Assembly (NCBI GenBank): GCA_037137655.1
Contig: JBAXJX010000002.1
Location: forward strand, 1-35,729
Direction: 5' to 3'
DNA length: 35,729 nt
DNA from: Candidatus Falkowbacteria bacterium
Lineage (GTDB): Bacteria > Patescibacteriota > Patescibacteriia > Patescibacteriales > UBA12465
Shown here piece after piece: positions 7,068 to 19,488 of the stretch (positions are counted from its first letter, which is position 1; the number at the start of each line of letters is the position of its first letter). A program made the translations under genes and the position numbers. A model generated the notes under the pieces. It was given only the letters and a program-made list of their open reading frames with translations. It had not been told where the DNA came from and did no database searches.

Positions 7068-9635
7068 TTAATTTGGGCAAGTTCCCCATACTGGGTAATA
7101 AGAGGAGTTGCTTTCAAAGCCAGCACCACTAGAAAATAAAAAGGGTTGGCTAGTAATAAGAGAAACGCACCATGATGAAAGATTCTGATTAAAACTAGAA
7201 GCACCGCCAAACATAATATACATATTATTTACCTTAGACACATTCCACGAACCGATTGGCTGATTAAAATTAGTTGAACCTCTGAACATTTCTGCCATAT
7301 TAGTAACATTGGCAGTGTTCCATGAACCAATATTTTGATTAAAACCTGTGTAATAAAACATACTCCCCATATCAGTCACATTCGACACATTCCACGAACC
7401 AATATTTTGATTGAAGTTGCTTGTCCCGTAGAACATGGCTGACATATTGGTCACACCAACTGTATTCCACGAACCAATATTGCCGTTAAAACTGGTTGCT
7501 CCCATAAACACACCATACATATTTACAACCTTAGAAACGTCCCATGATCCGATGTTTTGATTAAAATTGGGAGCGCTACCAAACATAATATACATACTGG
7601 TAACCTTGCTAGTATTCCAAGAACTAATATTACCATTAAAATTAGAGGTGCTACGGAACATTTCTGACATATTAGCAACATTGGCCGTATTCCAAGAATT
7701 TAAATTTTGATTAAACGATATAGCCCCCTGAAACATATACCCCATATCAGTAACTTTAGAAACATCCCATGATCCGATATTTTGATTAAAATTAGAAGCG
7801 CCTTGGAACATAGCCGACATATTAGTTACGTTACCAGTATTCCAGGATCCAATATTCTGATTAAAATTAGAAGCACTTTGAAACATGGCGAACATGTTGG
7901 TAACCTTCGACACATCCCATGATCCGATATTTTGATTAAAATTATAAGCATTGCTAAACATAATATACATACTAACAACTTTGTTAGTATTCCACGCACT
8001 AATATCACCATTAAACAGATAGGCGTTACGGAATGTTTCTGACATATTATTCACATTGCCAGTGTTCCAAGAATTTAAATTTTGATTAAATTTGGTAGCG
8101 CTATTAAACGTACTATACATACTGGTAACCTTCGACACGTCCCACGAACCGATGTTTTGATTAAAGTTAACAGCTCCATTAAACATAGCATCCATACTAG
8201 TTACACTACCGGTATTCCAAGCGCCGATATCACCATTGAAGTTGGTGGCGCTTTGAAACATTTGATTCATATTAGTAACTTTAGACACATCCCACGATCC
8301 AATGTTTTGATTAAAGTTGTAAGCGCTACCAAACATAATATACATATTGGTAACTTTACTAGTATCCCAAGAACTAATATCTCCATTAAAATTGGTAGCG
8401 TATCGGAACATTTCCGACATATCGGTTATACCGGTAATGCCGTTTTGAATTGGAGTTAGAGCATCAACCAACATCGGTGCGTTGGCGCTATAATACCACA
8501 GTCTTAGAGCTGTACCTTTTGTCCCAATAACATATTCTCCGCCACTGCCATAGGTATGAGATGGGCAAACATAACCATTATAAGTATTAGAATTTCCATC
8601 ACCCCAAACAACCTCTAAATTTGAAGCACCACCAACACAAAACCCAAATGTTGTGCCACTACCTAAAGCAGTGTTAATTTTAACTTTGAAATAAGGGTCA
8701 TTCACACATTGATTATTTTGACAAAGTTGACCTGAGCCGCAAGTTAAAGCACCGCTAACCGTTTGCACATCACCACAATTACTAGTCTGACTAAAGGTGC
8801 CACACATTGAAGCTGAATTCGGAGACCAAGTTGACACCGTGCAGCCACACTGAGTTTCATTGCCGCCACCGCCACAAGTTTGGGGTGAGGTGCACTGTGT
8901 ATGATTAGTATTAGCAATTTGACCACCACAGCCGTCACTATAAGAATCACGACAATCACCAGAATTAGCTTCAAGTGGAGAGCAGCAAGAATTGCTATAA
9001 CAGACCTGATTAGCACCACAGTCATTGCCGCTACAATTTGTGCATTGCCCAGAATTACTACTACATGAAAGTGACCCACTGCAAGTTAACGGGCTTGGAT
9101 TATTAAGAGTTAGACCACAACCATTACTATAGGTAGCGCGACAATCGCCAGCCGGAGCTGACACCGGAACGCATAAACAACCAACACCATCACTAATTCC
9201 AGCTGGTGTCGCACAATGACCGCCGGCAGAAATAGAATTAACATTGCCACCGATACAATAAGAAATGGAATAAGAGGTTCCATCGGAGCTCGGGGAATAA
9301 ACATAATTTAAATTATCAGAGATTGAACAATTGCCATCGGCCGGACTTGGTGGAGTTGGAATTACGGCCATGTAAGTATTAGTGGAATAACCATCAGAAT
9401 AAACTAATGATCCGGCTGCAAATTCTTCTGAGGTCGGATAACGCTGAGCATCGTTGAAAAATAATTCTAGTGCAGTTTGCACTTGTTTCACATCAGCCAC
9501 GCGGCGGGCATCACGCGCTTTGGCTCGGGCATTTTGCAAGGCGACCACGGCGATAGTTGCGAGTATACCAATAATGGCAATAACGACTAGGAGCTCGATG
9601 AGGGTGAAAGCTGATTTTTTATATTTATTTATCAT
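7068..9635 (-). CDS. Type IV pilin-like adhesin: pilin head, Cys-rich linker, PKD-like domain, DUF285/BspA-type repeats
   Basis: KKSA|FTLIELLVV; Cys-rich stretch; V.WGDG...HTY...G.Y PKD-like motif; 17 repeats of [18 protein letters not shown]. Confidence 0.9.
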   Translation of the reverse strand: MINKYKKSAFTLIELLVVIAIIGILATIAVVALQNARAKARDARRVADVKQVQTALELFFNDAQRYPTSEEFAAGSLVYSDGYSTNTYMAVIPTPPSPADGNCSISDNLNYVYSPSSDGTSYSISYCIGGNVNSISAGGHCATPAGISDGVGCLCVPVSAPAGDCRATYSNGCGLTLNNPSPLTCSGSLSCSSNSGQCTNCSGNDCGANQVCYSNSCCSPLEANSGDCRDSYSDGCGGQIANTNHTQCTSPQTCGGGGNETQCGCTVSTWSPNSASMCGTFSQTSNCGDVQTVSGALTCGSGQLCQNNQCVNDPYFKVKINTALGSGTTFGFCVGGASNLEVVWGDGNSNTYNGYVCPSHTYGSGGEYVIGTKGTALRLWYYSANAPMLVDALTPIQNGITGITDMSEMFRYATNFNGDISSWDTSKVTNMYIMFGSAYNFNQNIGSWDVSKVTNMNQMFQSATNFNGDIGAWNTGSVTSMDAMFNGAVNFNQNIGSWDVSKVTSMYSTFNSATKFNQNLNSWNTGNVNNMSETFRNAYLFNGDISAWNTNKVVSMYIMFSNAYNFNQNIGSWDVSKVTNMFAMFQSASNFNQNIGSWNTGNVTNMSAMFQGASNFNQNIGSWDVSKVTDMGYMFQGAISFNQNLNSWNTANVANMSEMFRSTSNFNGNISSWNTSKVTSMYIMFGSAPNFNQNIGSWDVSKVVNMYGVFMGATSFNGNIGSWNTVGVTNMSAMFYGTSNFNQNIGSWNVSNVTDMGSMFYYTGFNQNIGSWNTANVTNMAEMFRGSTNFNQPIGSWNVSKVNNMYIMFGGASSFNQNLSSWCVSLITSQPFLFSSGAGFESNSSYYPVWGTCPN
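7160..8430 (-). repeat. 17 tandem 25-aa (75-nt) DUF285-type repeats
   Basis: Counted in the translation; the DNA motif CCCA.GA.CC.AT.TTTTGATTAAA recurs on the + strand. Confidence 0.92.
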
Positions 9636-9662
9636 AAAAATTTTGTAGAATACTATAAAATT

Positions 9663-10808
9663 TTATTGAGAACCAACTCCCGGCGTCCAAGTAAAGTTAC
9701 CGACTAAATTTCCAGAATTTCCATGACCAGAATAATCATTAGCCACAACTCCACTATTTTCATCGAAGTGATAAGCGGCAATTAAACCATTATTAAATAA
9801 AGATGAGCTCATATTTCCATAAAGGCCTTTGCCATTATTATAGAGTTGGGAAATTTCAGAGCTCGACAAAGTGCGATCCCAGATACCAACCTCGTCAATC
9901 GCTCCAGAAAAAAATCTATCACCGGTTGCCTCATATGTGCCACCGATCCAAATTGGATAATCGTTTAAACCTAAATCCTCTACTGCGGTTGTACCAGAAT
10001 TAACTAAGCTTCCATCAATATACAATTTAGCATTATCAGTGCCACCAAATTCATCCCAAGTTCCGACCAAATAATGCCAGTTGCCATCATTCACATTAAA
10101 ATTAGTTGCCACATAAAAATCATTTATAGCACCACCGCTATCCAAAAACCACCATAATTCACCATTGGACCGAGGGGTTAAGGTATAAGATTGATGTGCT
10201 GGGTTAATCTCTGAAACTCCAGATATAATATATTCATCTTTTGCACTACCATTTCCCTTCACCCAAGCCGCCACACTAATATGTGACCGCGGTTTTAGAG
10301 AACTGCCAGAACCCAAATCGACGTAATTTGAACTACCATCAAAATTTAAAGCACTGCCACGTTTCAAGGTCATTGCGCCGCAACCATTTCCGTCATTAAT
10401 TCCGGCTGGAGTAGCACAATAAGAGCCGGAAGCTAAGGCTCCGGTTGGACCGCCAACACAATAAGCTATGGTATAAGAACTGCCGTCAGGAGATGGGGAG
10501 TAATCATAGCTAGTAATTGAACAGTTACCATCAGCCGTACTTGGCGGAGTTGGAATTTTAGATATATATGAACCAAAAGAAGAATTACTAACAAATTCAG
10601 CCGCGCTTGGATAATGCATTTTGCTAGCATAAAAAGCTTGCAAAGCAGTTTGGATTTCTTTGACATCAGCTACTCGCTTCGCGTCGCGAGATTTGGCTCG
10701 CGCATTTTGCAAAGCCACAATCGCAACCGTCGCCAACAAGCCGATGATAGCGATAACCACAAGAAGCTCAATAAGCGTAAAACCTGTTTTTTTATTCTTA
10801 TATTTCAT
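9663..10808 (-). CDS. Type IV pilin-like protein with C-terminal LamG/concanavalin A-like domain
   Basis: KTG|FTLIELLVV; ALNFDG...[41 protein letters not shown]. Confidence 0.9.
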   Translation of the reverse strand: MKYKNKKTGFTLIELLVVIAIIGLLATVAIVALQNARAKSRDAKRVADVKEIQTALQAFYASKMHYPSAAEFVSNSSFGSYISKIPTPPSTADGNCSITSYDYSPSPDGSSYTIAYCVGGPTGALASGSYCATPAGINDGNGCGAMTLKRGSALNFDGSSNYVDLGSGSSLKPRSHISVAAWVKGNGSAKDEYIISGVSEINPAHQSYTLTPRSNGELWWFLDSGGAINDFYVATNFNVNDGNWHYLVGTWDEFGGTDNAKLYIDGSLVNSGTTAVEDLGLNDYPIWIGGTYEATGDRFFSGAIDEVGIWDRTLSSSEISQLYNNGKGLYGNMSSSLFNNGLIAAYHFDENSGVVANDYSGHGNSGNLVGNFTWTPGVGSQ

Positions 10809-10921
10809 GATAAAACATTATATATATTATGCGTTAAGTATAACACACGACAAAAACACCGACAAATAAAAAATGGTGGCTAAATTAATAGTCCACCATT
10901 TTGATTTTTGATTTAAAATTT

Positions 10922-12019
10922 TTACCACGGTTTTACATCGTCCATGATTGTTTTAGCAAGAACCGTCTCTGTTACTCGCCAAGCATTAGTGCCAACCGTG
11001 TAGAGATTTTGACTTGGGTCTTTTTGATAACCAGCTGAATTAAACAAACCATTGCAAATACAAAAGTATTTATCAGGGCAATCTTTAGCTAAACATTTAG
11101 CAAGTTGTCCATTAGCATCTTTTTGCATAACATGACCTTTATTACATGGGGACAGATTACCAATTTGATACATAGGTGATTGCTTAATAATTCGGAAAGG
11201 CATGAAGCAGGGTGACTGCAAATTAGTAGCTACAATAATATCTTCTTGACTAGCAGCGATCACAGCTTGTTTGTAAGCCTCGCTCGCGCCAGATTCAAAT
11301 GTAGCTAAAAATCTCGTTCCCATTTGGACACCAGAAGCACCCATAGATAAAGCATTAACAACATCATTTTTGTCCCAAATTCCGCCAGCCACAATTATTG
11401 GAAAATCACCATATTTCATAGCAACTTCCTTAACGGCTGGAAAAAGATTTTCCAAACTAAAGTTCGGATTATCAATTTCTTCGAATTTAAAACCTAGATG
11501 TCCTCCAGCTTTTGGTCCTTCCAAAACAACTGCATCTGGTCGATAGCCTAATTTCTCCCACTTCTCACAAATTATTTTCAAAGCGCGAGCCGAAGAAACA
11601 ATCGGAACCAAAGCTGTTCTTTTCGGATTTTGAATTCCAGGCAAACCAGCTGGTAATCCAGCGCCAGAAATAATCATGTCTGCACCAGCATCAATCGCTC
11701 CGCGAACTGAATCGACGTAGCTTTTTTGCAAGGCCCACATAATGTTGACGGCAATAACACCCTTAGAAGATAAACTTCGGGCCATTTCAACTTCCAAACG
11801 CATCGCCTCATAATGATTAACTCGACGTCCAACTCGTTTAGAAACTATTAGATCTAGCCCAGCGCTAGAAATTGTTCCATAGCCGCCTTCATTGGCGACA
11901 GCGGCGGCAAGCGGCGCTAGCGATACGCCAACACCCATACCTCCATTGCCAACTGGAACTGCCAACGTGCAGTCCTTGATTGTCAAATCTTTGTGAATTT
12001 TTGGCGTATTTTCTGCCAT
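10922..12019 (-). CDS. Nitronate monooxygenase / FabK-like flavoenzyme
   Basis: GGMGVGVS..LAAAVANEGG.G, SGAGLP, VVLEGPKAGGHLG, AGGI, GVQMGTRFLAT.ES. Confidence 0.9.
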   Translation of the reverse strand: MAENTPKIHKDLTIKDCTLAVPVGNGGMGVGVSLAPLAAAVANEGGYGTISSAGLDLIVSKRVGRRVNHYEAMRLEVEMARSLSSKGVIAVNIMWALQKSYVDSVRGAIDAGADMIISGAGLPAGLPGIQNPKRTALVPIVSSARALKIICEKWEKLGYRPDAVVLEGPKAGGHLGFKFEEIDNPNFSLENLFPAVKEVAMKYGDFPIIVAGGIWDKNDVVNALSMGASGVQMGTRFLATFESGASEAYKQAVIAASQEDIIVATNLQSPCFMPFRIIKQSPMYQIGNLSPCNKGHVMQKDANGQLAKCLAKDCPDKYFCICNGLFNSAGYQKDPSQNLYTVGTNAWRVTETVLAKTIMDDVKPW

Positions 12020-12156
12020 TTTGACCTCCGTTTTTTAAAATATTTATAATAATGAAATGAACTATAGTTATTCGAGTATCTTAATTCAGCGACTAAAAAC
12101 TGTCAATAAAAAAGACCTCCGAAACGGAGGTCTTTTAAGATATCCAATTATTAAAT

Positions 12157-13821
12157 TTAATTCTTAATACAGCGAACCGAAAAGCCGCCGATTTGTCTAG
12201 AAAATGTTTCGCGAAGAACATCGGGGTCATTATTACCTAAATCCCTAATCCAAGCATCTGACCCAGAAACAGTAGATGACCAAAAATAAGTAAGCGCCCC
12301 ACGAGCAAGGGTATATCCCGTTGATCCTATAAGATAACGATATCCGGCTGATATTTTTTCAAAATGGGATGTGCCACCGACTTGCAACTTAGAACCAGCA
12401 TTAGCACATTCCCAAGTAAGTACTCTATTAGCGTTACAAGTGTTTGGAGAATCTGTTAAATATTGATCTAAGCTATTTTGTTCGGCATCTGACGGTATAT
12501 GCCAACCAGTTGGACAAATACCTTGAGCACCTTCAGTCACGGAATATTTCATTACTTCGTCCCATTGATACAAACCACCATCCGCATCACAGTTAGAGGA
12601 AGTGTTACTGTAGCAATATTTTTCAACAGTAGAATTATTAATTTGATTATCATTAGAAGAGATCATGGTTCCGGCGTTTAAATTATCTCTTAACCAACAC
12701 TGATTGCCAATTTTAACAGTACGATAATAGCCACCCTGATTTCTTGTTAAGCCTGTAGAATCATATGGACCACCATCGTATTGCACAACCTTACTATCAG
12801 GACAAGAATATTGATCACCAGCTAAAGTTACACAAGATCCAGATGAACATGTTTGTCCGCCACCACAAACCGCACCGCCACACTTACAAACACCATCGTT
12901 TTGATCACAACTTAAGGACGAATCGCAAACTAGACGATTATTATTAGTATAAGTGCCGCCGCAATTATCATTTAAGCTAGCACGACAATCTGTTCCAGCA
13001 CTTGGCTGGGTTTGAACAGCCGTACAACCACAAACATTTTGAGTGCCACCACCGCCGCAAGTCTCATGTCCAGAGCAATTATTGGTACAGGTTCCGCTGC
13101 AACCATCAGTGCCGCCGCATTTACCACTACAATTCGGCACACAATTATTAACGCAAGTGCCGTTAGTACAAGTTTGGTTACCCGCACAAGAACCACAAGT
13201 TATATTTCTCGCCTGACTACAATTATCAGTAATATCATAGCTGCCACAAGTCCAATAATTATTAGCACATGTATTTGAGTCACCAATATAAGTACAAACA
13301 TTAGCGCCGCCATTATTAGCTCCGGCACAACTAGCCGTATCATCCAGGCCATTTGGTGTTGCACAATGCACACCAGCCGCAATTGATCCGGTCGGAGCAG
13401 CCACGCAATAAGAGATTGTATAAGAGCTACCGTTTGAAGCAACATCATAAGAATAAGAACCGGAAGTACTAGAACAATTACCATCAACCACTGTTGGCGG
13501 AGTTGGAATTTTTGCCATATAAGTTGTGGTTACCATTTGACCATTAACCACTGAGGCTGTAACTAAAGAATTTTGGGCAAACTCCTGCGCACTTGGATAA
13601 CGTTGGTTATTAGCAAAAAATAATTGAAGTGCAGTTTGAATTTGTTTGACATCCGCCACCCGTTTCGCATCGCGAGATTTAACACGAGAATTATTTAAAG
13701 CCACGACGGCTACCGACGCCAAAATACCAATAATCGCAACAACAACAATGATTTCAATTAAAGACAAACCCTTCTTCGGTTTGGCACTTTTTATTTTTTT
13801 GATTTTTTTGTAATTAAACAT
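12157..13821 (-). CDS. Type IV pilin-like protein with Cys-rich stalk and FISUMP-like domain
   Basis: KKG|LSLIEIIVVVAIIG; Cys-rich repeats (C.GKCGG.DGC.G.C); YRTVKIGNQCW..NLN, GGLYQW, GICPTGWHIPS, FWSS, FSVRCIKN. Confidence 0.9.
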   Translation of the reverse strand: MFNYKKIKKIKSAKPKKGLSLIEIIVVVAIIGILASVAVVALNNSRVKSRDAKRVADVKQIQTALQLFFANNQRYPSAQEFAQNSLVTASVVNGQMVTTTYMAKIPTPPTVVDGNCSSTSGSYSYDVASNGSSYTISYCVAAPTGSIAAGVHCATPNGLDDTASCAGANNGGANVCTYIGDSNTCANNYWTCGSYDITDNCSQARNITCGSCAGNQTCTNGTCVNNCVPNCSGKCGGTDGCSGTCTNNCSGHETCGGGGTQNVCGCTAVQTQPSAGTDCRASLNDNCGGTYTNNNRLVCDSSLSCDQNDGVCKCGGAVCGGGQTCSSGSCVTLAGDQYSCPDSKVVQYDGGPYDSTGLTRNQGGYYRTVKIGNQCWLRDNLNAGTMISSNDNQINNSTVEKYCYSNTSSNCDADGGLYQWDEVMKYSVTEGAQGICPTGWHIPSDAEQNSLDQYLTDSPNTCNANRVLTWECANAGSKLQVGGTSHFEKISAGYRYLIGSTGYTLARGALTYFWSSTVSGSDAWIRDLGNNDPDVLRETFSRQIGGFSVRCIKN

Positions 13822-13921
13822 GAAAATATTTTAAAATTTATAACTCATTGCTATTATACCAATTTTTTCAATGAAATGAAACAAATAAAAAAGCCCTTTC
13901 GATTTCTCGTAAGGGCCTTAT

Positions 13922-14242
13922 TCAGTCTGGAATATAATTTTCTAATAGGAAGCGCAATCTTTTTTTTATTGGGCGCCACTTATTTTTTTTATTTTTAATC
14001 AGACTGATTTCTTTGGGTGAAAAAACTATTTCATTAACAACACCTGGAATTAAGGCGATGTCGCGTATAATTTTTTCCACATTCCGCGGTGGTTCACCGT
14101 TGTGAATTGGGACGTGTTGGATTCTTTGTGTGGGCAAGATCTTATTAGAACTTGCACTAATTGAAATAATAATGTTGTTTGGATTTTCTGTTTTTTTAAA
14201 AAACAAAAGTTCTGAGGACTGAGGTTCAACAAAGTGGCACAT
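13922..14242 (-). CDS. Nfu/NifU N-terminal-like small protein
   Basis: T.NPN ... IPGV...VF....I...K....W..IK pattern typical of Nfu_N; has its own promoter and terminator. Confidence 0.5.
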   Translation of the reverse strand: MCHFVEPQSSELLFFKKTENPNNIIISISASSNKILPTQRIQHVPIHNGEPPRNVEKIIRDIALIPGVVNEIVFSPKEISLIKNKKNKWRPIKKRLRFLLENYIPD

Positions 14243-14365
14243 CTTTTAAATTATTTTAAATTTTTACACAAATTTATTTTTAAGAACAGGATAATATTGT
14301 AAAAAAAAACTGCACTTTTGTCAATAAAAAAATCCCTACGTTTTCATAGGGATTTTCGCATGTTT

Positions 14366-15076
14366 TTAGGAATGAGTGTAAAGATATTTTATCTTCTGAA
14401 CATATTCCTCATCAGTTGGATTAAAACCGCCAGCGATTTTATTGGCTGCACCTTGTGGTCCATAATAATAAGCCAGTATTGCCTTATCAATATTGCCATT
14501 AAAGGTGTCTAGCATAAGCTTTAAATACTTAGCTGTGCCATTAAGATTTTGCTGTGGATCATAAACGTCATCAACACCCATGTTACGCGAAGTAGAATTT
14601 ATGAGCTGCCCCAAACCTTTGGCGCTGCTATTAGGATTAGCCGCATAACGATCACCACCACTTTCAATTGCCACTAATGCGCATAATAATTTAGTATCAC
14701 CCAAACCACTAGAGTTTGACGCAATATGAATCTCATCATTATACTGTTCGCAAAATTTAGCTAACTGATTTAATTTTCCAGTTCGATTACACCATCTCTC
14801 AGCATCAAACACTCCATTATCATTATAATCTGATGATGAATAGCGTGGATGATCGGCAAAAATAGAATCAATAAAATCTTGACCGATTTGCCAGCAAGAC
14901 ATAGTGGTTGGATGTGAAATTATTTGTGGGGCTACTGCTTTTTTAGGCGCTAACTTGATTACCTCTTTTTTAACTGGTACTGGTGTTTTATCCTTTTTAG
15001 AGAATAAGGCGCGAATACCAAAAAATAACAAAGATAAAACAATTAACCATATAACAACTTTTCGTATTTTCTTCAT
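14366..15076 (-). CDS. Membrane-anchored SLT-family lytic transglycosylase
   Basis: Start reassigned to ATG 15076 (GGAGGT RBS); N-terminal TM helix; IESGG, AKGLGQL, DP.QN..G.A.YL, AY..GP. Confidence 0.88.
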   Translation of the reverse strand: MKKIRKVVIWLIVLSLLFFGIRALFSKKDKTPVPVKKEVIKLAPKKAVAPQIISHPTTMSCWQIGQDFIDSIFADHPRYSSSDYNDNGVFDAERWCNRTGKLNQLAKFCEQYNDEIHIASNSSGLGDTKLLCALVAIESGGDRYAANPNSSAKGLGQLINSTSRNMGVDDVYDPQQNLNGTAKYLKLMLDTFNGNIDKAILAYYYGPQGAANKIAGGFNPTDEEYVQKIKYLYTHS

Positions 15077-15245
15077 TTTAACCTCCAATTTCAAACGATT
15101 TAGTTTTTAATTTACTGCCCAGATTTTATCATATTTTAAAGCTTTTGTCAATTAATCCTCGAAATACGGCCAATAGCTTGACTTTTAACCGTTATTGTTT
15201 TAGTATAACCCATTAAGTTCCTTAACCATTTAAAACTAAATAAAT

Positions 15246-15899
15246 ATGAAAGATTTAATTTTTTACAGCGCGATTGTCGTTGCCAGCTTCTATTTAATTC
15301 ACTATTTTTTAAGAACATTGGAATATAAACAATTAAAAGAAGAAAGAAAAGTTCTTAATATTCTCTGCGGCGTCGTCGAATTAAACAAGGACCAGGTTTG
15401 GGGTTTAGAAACAATTCCAAGTTATAATGAACTATTATTAAAAGACGTTAACGCCTTAAGCTCTAAACAAGTTCGAGGATTATCTGAACACCTCAGAAAC
15501 TACTACCAAAAACAACTATCTACACTGGAGAGCGCTAGCAAAATTTTACTTGAAATCAAAGAGATGATTAGTAATGTCGAGTCGCAAAAAGAACTAATTA
15601 TTATCATTGAACTATGTTTAGCCGAAATACCAAGAGAGCAATTATTGACTATGTATGAAAAATATTTAAGTTCATATTTATTTGAAACTAAAAATATTCC
15701 ATACAAAGAAGATATTGTTAATAATATGTCCGAAGTGTTTAAATTACTAAATAACACTATGGATCGTAAAAATAAATTAAGCTTCAGGAATGAATCGGTA
15801 ACCATGATTTATAGATTATTAGAACCCATAAATGATGGAGCAATTATAATTGCCATGGAAGCAGAAAAAAGAAAAATGCTATCATGGCTGCCATGTTAG
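15246..15899 (+). CDS. Hypothetical protein with N-terminal TM helix
   Basis: 217-aa ORF preceded by a TTGACT-17-TAGTAT promoter; no recognised motif. Confidence 0.7.
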   Translation: MKDLIFYSAIVVASFYLIHYFLRTLEYKQLKEERKVLNILCGVVELNKDQVWGLETIPSYNELLLKDVNALSSKQVRGLSEHLRNYYQKQLSTLESASKILLEIKEMISNVESQKELIIIIELCLAEIPREQLLTMYEKYLSSYLFETKNIPYKEDIVNNMSEVFKLLNNTMDRKNKLSFRNESVTMIYRLLEPINDGAIIIAMEAEKRKMLSWLPC

Positions 15900-16007
15900 T
15901 TTTTTCAAAAAAATACAGAGGAGGCCAAAAGCTTCCTTTTTTATTTATTCAAGCTATATCAAGTTATAGTATTAAAAACATTTTAATTTCGTGTTATAAT
16001 AAGCGCA

Positions 16008-17045
16008 ATGAAATACCAACTCTACACAAGTTCAAAAAAGGCCTGGACGGCCATGATCACCGCTTTAAAAAAAGCGGAAAAAACCATCTACATTGAGATG
16101 TATATTTTTTTAGATGACACTCGCGCCAGTCATGATTTTTTTAGTCTTCTAAAAGATAAGGCGCGCGCCGGTTTAAAGGTGGTGGTGGTAGCCGATGCTT
16201 TTGGCAGCATGGAATTAAGCAAGCAAGCCATCAGTGAACTGCGCCGTGCCGGCATAGAAATGATTTTCTTTTCTAATTTTTTAAGAAGAACCCATCGCAA
16301 AATAACTATTATTGATAAAAAGGTGGCTTTCCTTGGCGGAGTTAATATTGAGAATAAAACCATTAACTGGCGTGACTTACAAATTCGCATTGAAGGTCGT
16401 AAAACCGTACGCGCCGTTTTACGCTCCTTTGCTCGCACCTATAAAAATTGCGGCGGCAAAGACTATGAAATTTTACACTATGATAAAAAAACTTTACTCC
16501 TTAAAGCTAAGTCTTTGATTTTGGAAAGCTTGCCGGGTCATGAAAATTATTCCATGATTGAATATTATAAGAAAAAAATAATTGGTGCTCAAAAATCTAT
16601 CAAAATTGTAACACCTTATTTTATCCCACCGCGCTGGATGAGTGCCCTCTTCGATGATGCTCGTCGTCGAGGTGTCGAAATTGAAATTATTATTCCAGGT
16701 GACACCGACATCGCCGTTTTAAATAAAGTAAATTATTCATATATTTCCGAGCTAGTGTCATTAGGTATAAAGTTTTACACTGGCCGAAAAATGAATCACG
16801 CCAAAATCTTGATCGTTGATGATCACGAAGCCGTTGTTGGTTCTCAAAATATTGACATGCTGTCATTCGGGCGTAACTTTGAAGTGGGTGTTTTTTCGCG
16901 CCAAAAAGAAATTGTGCAAGATTTGGTTAAAATCTTCGAATTATGGAAAAAACAGGCTACCCATTGGCAAAAGTCAAAAAAACCTTTAAACTTACTTGAC
17001 CATTTAATGGTTACAATTTTAAGATTATTTTTTTCTATTATCTAA
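16008..17045 (+). CDS. Phospholipase D family / cardiolipin synthase-like protein
   Basis: Two HKD motifs ([16 protein letters not shown]), GG.NI, WRD, TPYF.P, GSQN.D..SF..N.E. Confidence 0.92.
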   Translation: MKYQLYTSSKKAWTAMITALKKAEKTIYIEMYIFLDDTRASHDFFSLLKDKARAGLKVVVVADAFGSMELSKQAISELRRAGIEMIFFSNFLRRTHRKITIIDKKVAFLGGVNIENKTINWRDLQIRIEGRKTVRAVLRSFARTYKNCGGKDYEILHYDKKTLLLKAKSLILESLPGHENYSMIEYYKKKIIGAQKSIKIVTPYFIPPRWMSALFDDARRRGVEIEIIIPGDTDIAVLNKVNYSYISELVSLGIKFYTGRKMNHAKILIVDDHEAVVGSQNIDMLSFGRNFEVGVFSRQKEIVQDLVKIFELWKKQATHWQKSKKPLNLLDHLMVTILRLFFSII

Positions 17046-17048
17046 TTT

Positions 17049-19484
17049 ATGAAAGACGAAGTAATAAAAATTCGCGGTGCTCGGGTCAACAACCTAAAAA
17101 ATATCGACATTGATATTCCACGGCACAAATTCGTGGTTATCACTGGCTTGTCCGGGTCCGGTAAGTCATCCTTAGCTTTTGACACTCTCTACGCCGAGGG
17201 TCAACGTCGTTATGTCGAATCACTTTCAGCTTACGCTCGCCAATTTGTCGGTCTCATGGATAAACCGGATGTGGATATGATTGAAGGTTTGCCACCAGCA
17301 ATTTCTATTGACCAGAGATCAAACATGCATAACCCCCGCTCCACCGTTGGTACCATTACCGAAACTTATGATTATTTCCGCTTAATCTTTGCCAAGCTTG
17401 GCACAGCACATTGTCCGACCTGTAATAAAAAATTAAAGAAGGATAAAAAGAAATTAATTTGCGTTGATTGTAATTTTTCCATGCCCGAAATTCGTCCGAA
17501 TGATTTTTCCTTCAACTCGGCTGGTGGTGCTTGCCCTGCCTGTAGCGGTCTTGGTACTAAATTAGAAATTGATCCTGAACTAATTATCAATAAAAACCTA
17601 ACAGTTGCCCAAGGCGCCATTAAACCTTGGACTCATTATAATTCTCACAACCAAAAATTATTATTTGATGATGTTAACAAGATGAGTTTACGTCATAATT
17701 TTAATATTGATTTACCGATTAAAGAATTACCAGAAAAAATTGTAAAATTAATTTTAAATGGTGATGGTGAATTTGCTGGTGTGATTGATAATTTAGAAAA
17801 ACGCTACGCTGAATCTGATACTGGTTATATTCATCAAAAAATCGCCCAATACATGTTAAGCGTAGAATGTAGTACTTGTCATGGCTACCGTTTAAAACCG
17901 GAAATCTTGGCCGTAAAATTACACAACCGCTCCATCAACGAATTATCTGAAATGCACATTGTGGCGGCCCGTGATTTTTTTATTGATTTTGAAAAAAATA
18001 AAAAATTAACCGAAAAAGAAAAAAATGTTTCTGAACCGATTATTAAAGAAATTAAAAATCGTCTTGGTTGCATTAAAGATGTCGGCTTAGATTATCTTTC
18101 GCTTAATCGTGGTGCTAATACGCTATCTGGTGGTGAAGCCCAACGCCTAAAACTAGCCACTCAAATTAATTCCGCCCTTGTCGGTATTCTTTATGTACTT
18201 GATGAACCGTCAATCGGCCTACACCAAAAAGATAATGATAAATTAATTATTGCTTTAAAAGATTTACAAGCTAAAGGTAATACTGTAGTTGTAGTTGAGC
18301 ACGACGAGGCGACTATTTTAGCCGCTGATTATGTGATTGATATCGGACCAGGCGCCGGAGAGTATGGCGGTAACGTTGTTTTTGCTGGCACACCAGATGA
18401 AATTAAAAATGATCCTAAATCATTAACCGGAGCCTATCTTTCTGGCCGCCAAACTATCAGCGCACCATTTGAATATCGCAAAGGCAATGGTAAATCTATA
18501 AAAATTATTGGAGCGACCGAACATAATCTAAAAAATATTGATGTCGAAATTCCGCTTGGTAAGTTAGTGGCAATCACCGGTGTTTCTGGTTCTGGTAAAT
18601 CAACTTTAATGACTGATATTTTAGCCAACGCTTTAAATCGTAAATTTTATCGTGCCAAAACTCATCCCGGCAAACACAAAGATATTACTGGCTTAGAAAA
18701 TATTGATAAGGTTATTGATATTGATCAATCTCCAATTGGCCGTACTCCGCGCTCCAACCCAGCTACTTACACTGAAGTCTTTACGCCAATTAGAGATTTG
18801 TATGCTAGCCAATCCGGTTCCAAGGTGAAGGGTTTTAAAGCTAATCATTTTTCTTTTAACACGGCCGGTGGACGTTGTGACACTTGTGCTGGTGATGGTT
18901 TATTAAAAATTGAAATGCAATTTTTATCCGACATCTACGTTAAATGCGAAACTTGTCATGGTAAGCGTTACAAAAAAGAAGTTTTAGAAATAAATTATAA
19001 AGATAAAAATATTCATGATGTTTTGGAAATGACCGTATTAGAGGCGATTACTTTTTTCAAAGAAGAAAAAAATATTTTACCAAAACTAAAAATCTTAAAT
19101 GACGTTGGACTTGGCTATATTAAACTTGGGCAAAGCTCTACCACATTATCTGGTGGTGAAGCTCAGAGAATAAAATTAGCCACCGAATTATCACGTCAAT
19201 CAACTGGTCAGACTTTGTACATTCTCGACGAACCAACCACCGGTTTGCACTTTGATGATATTAAAAAATTATTAAAAGTTTTAAATCAGCTAACTGATAA
19301 AGGAAATACTGTTTTAGTTATTGAACATAATTTAGATATTATTAAATCGGTTGATTGGATTATTGATCTTGGTCCTGATGGTGGTGATAAAGGCGGCACA
19401 ATTGTTGGCGCTGATACCCCAAAAAATATTGCCAAGATAAAAAACTCTTGGACCGGTAAATATTTAAAGGATTATTTAAATTAA
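17049..19484 (+). CDS. uvrA: Excinuclease ABC subunit A family, short form lacking the UvrB-binding domain
   Basis: [28 protein letters not shown], two [35 protein letters not shown]; 811 aa. Confidence 0.93.
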   Translation: MKDEVIKIRGARVNNLKNIDIDIPRHKFVVITGLSGSGKSSLAFDTLYAEGQRRYVESLSAYARQFVGLMDKPDVDMIEGLPPAISIDQRSNMHNPRSTVGTITETYDYFRLIFAKLGTAHCPTCNKKLKKDKKKLICVDCNFSMPEIRPNDFSFNSAGGACPACSGLGTKLEIDPELIINKNLTVAQGAIKPWTHYNSHNQKLLFDDVNKMSLRHNFNIDLPIKELPEKIVKLILNGDGEFAGVIDNLEKRYAESDTGYIHQKIAQYMLSVECSTCHGYRLKPEILAVKLHNRSINELSEMHIVAARDFFIDFEKNKKLTEKEKNVSEPIIKEIKNRLGCIKDVGLDYLSLNRGANTLSGGEAQRLKLATQINSALVGILYVLDEPSIGLHQKDNDKLIIALKDLQAKGNTVVVVEHDEATILAADYVIDIGPGAGEYGGNVVFAGTPDEIKNDPKSLTGAYLSGRQTISAPFEYRKGNGKSIKIIGATEHNLKNIDVEIPLGKLVAITGVSGSGKSTLMTDILANALNRKFYRAKTHPGKHKDITGLENIDKVIDIDQSPIGRTPRSNPATYTEVFTPIRDLYASQSGSKVKGFKANHFSFNTAGGRCDTCAGDGLLKIEMQFLSDIYVKCETCHGKRYKKEVLEINYKDKNIHDVLEMTVLEAITFFKEEKNILPKLKILNDVGLGYIKLGQSSTTLSGGEAQRIKLATELSRQSTGQTLYILDEPTTGLHFDDIKKLLKVLNQLTDKGNTVLVIEHNLDIIKSVDWIIDLGPDGGDKGGTIVGADTPKNIAKIKNSWTGKYLKDYLN

Positions 19485-19488
19485 AAAT

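Noticed and set aside
7160-8430. CRISPR array
   Set aside because: The 75-nt period is in-frame coding repeat with synonymous variation, without unique spacers or cas genes
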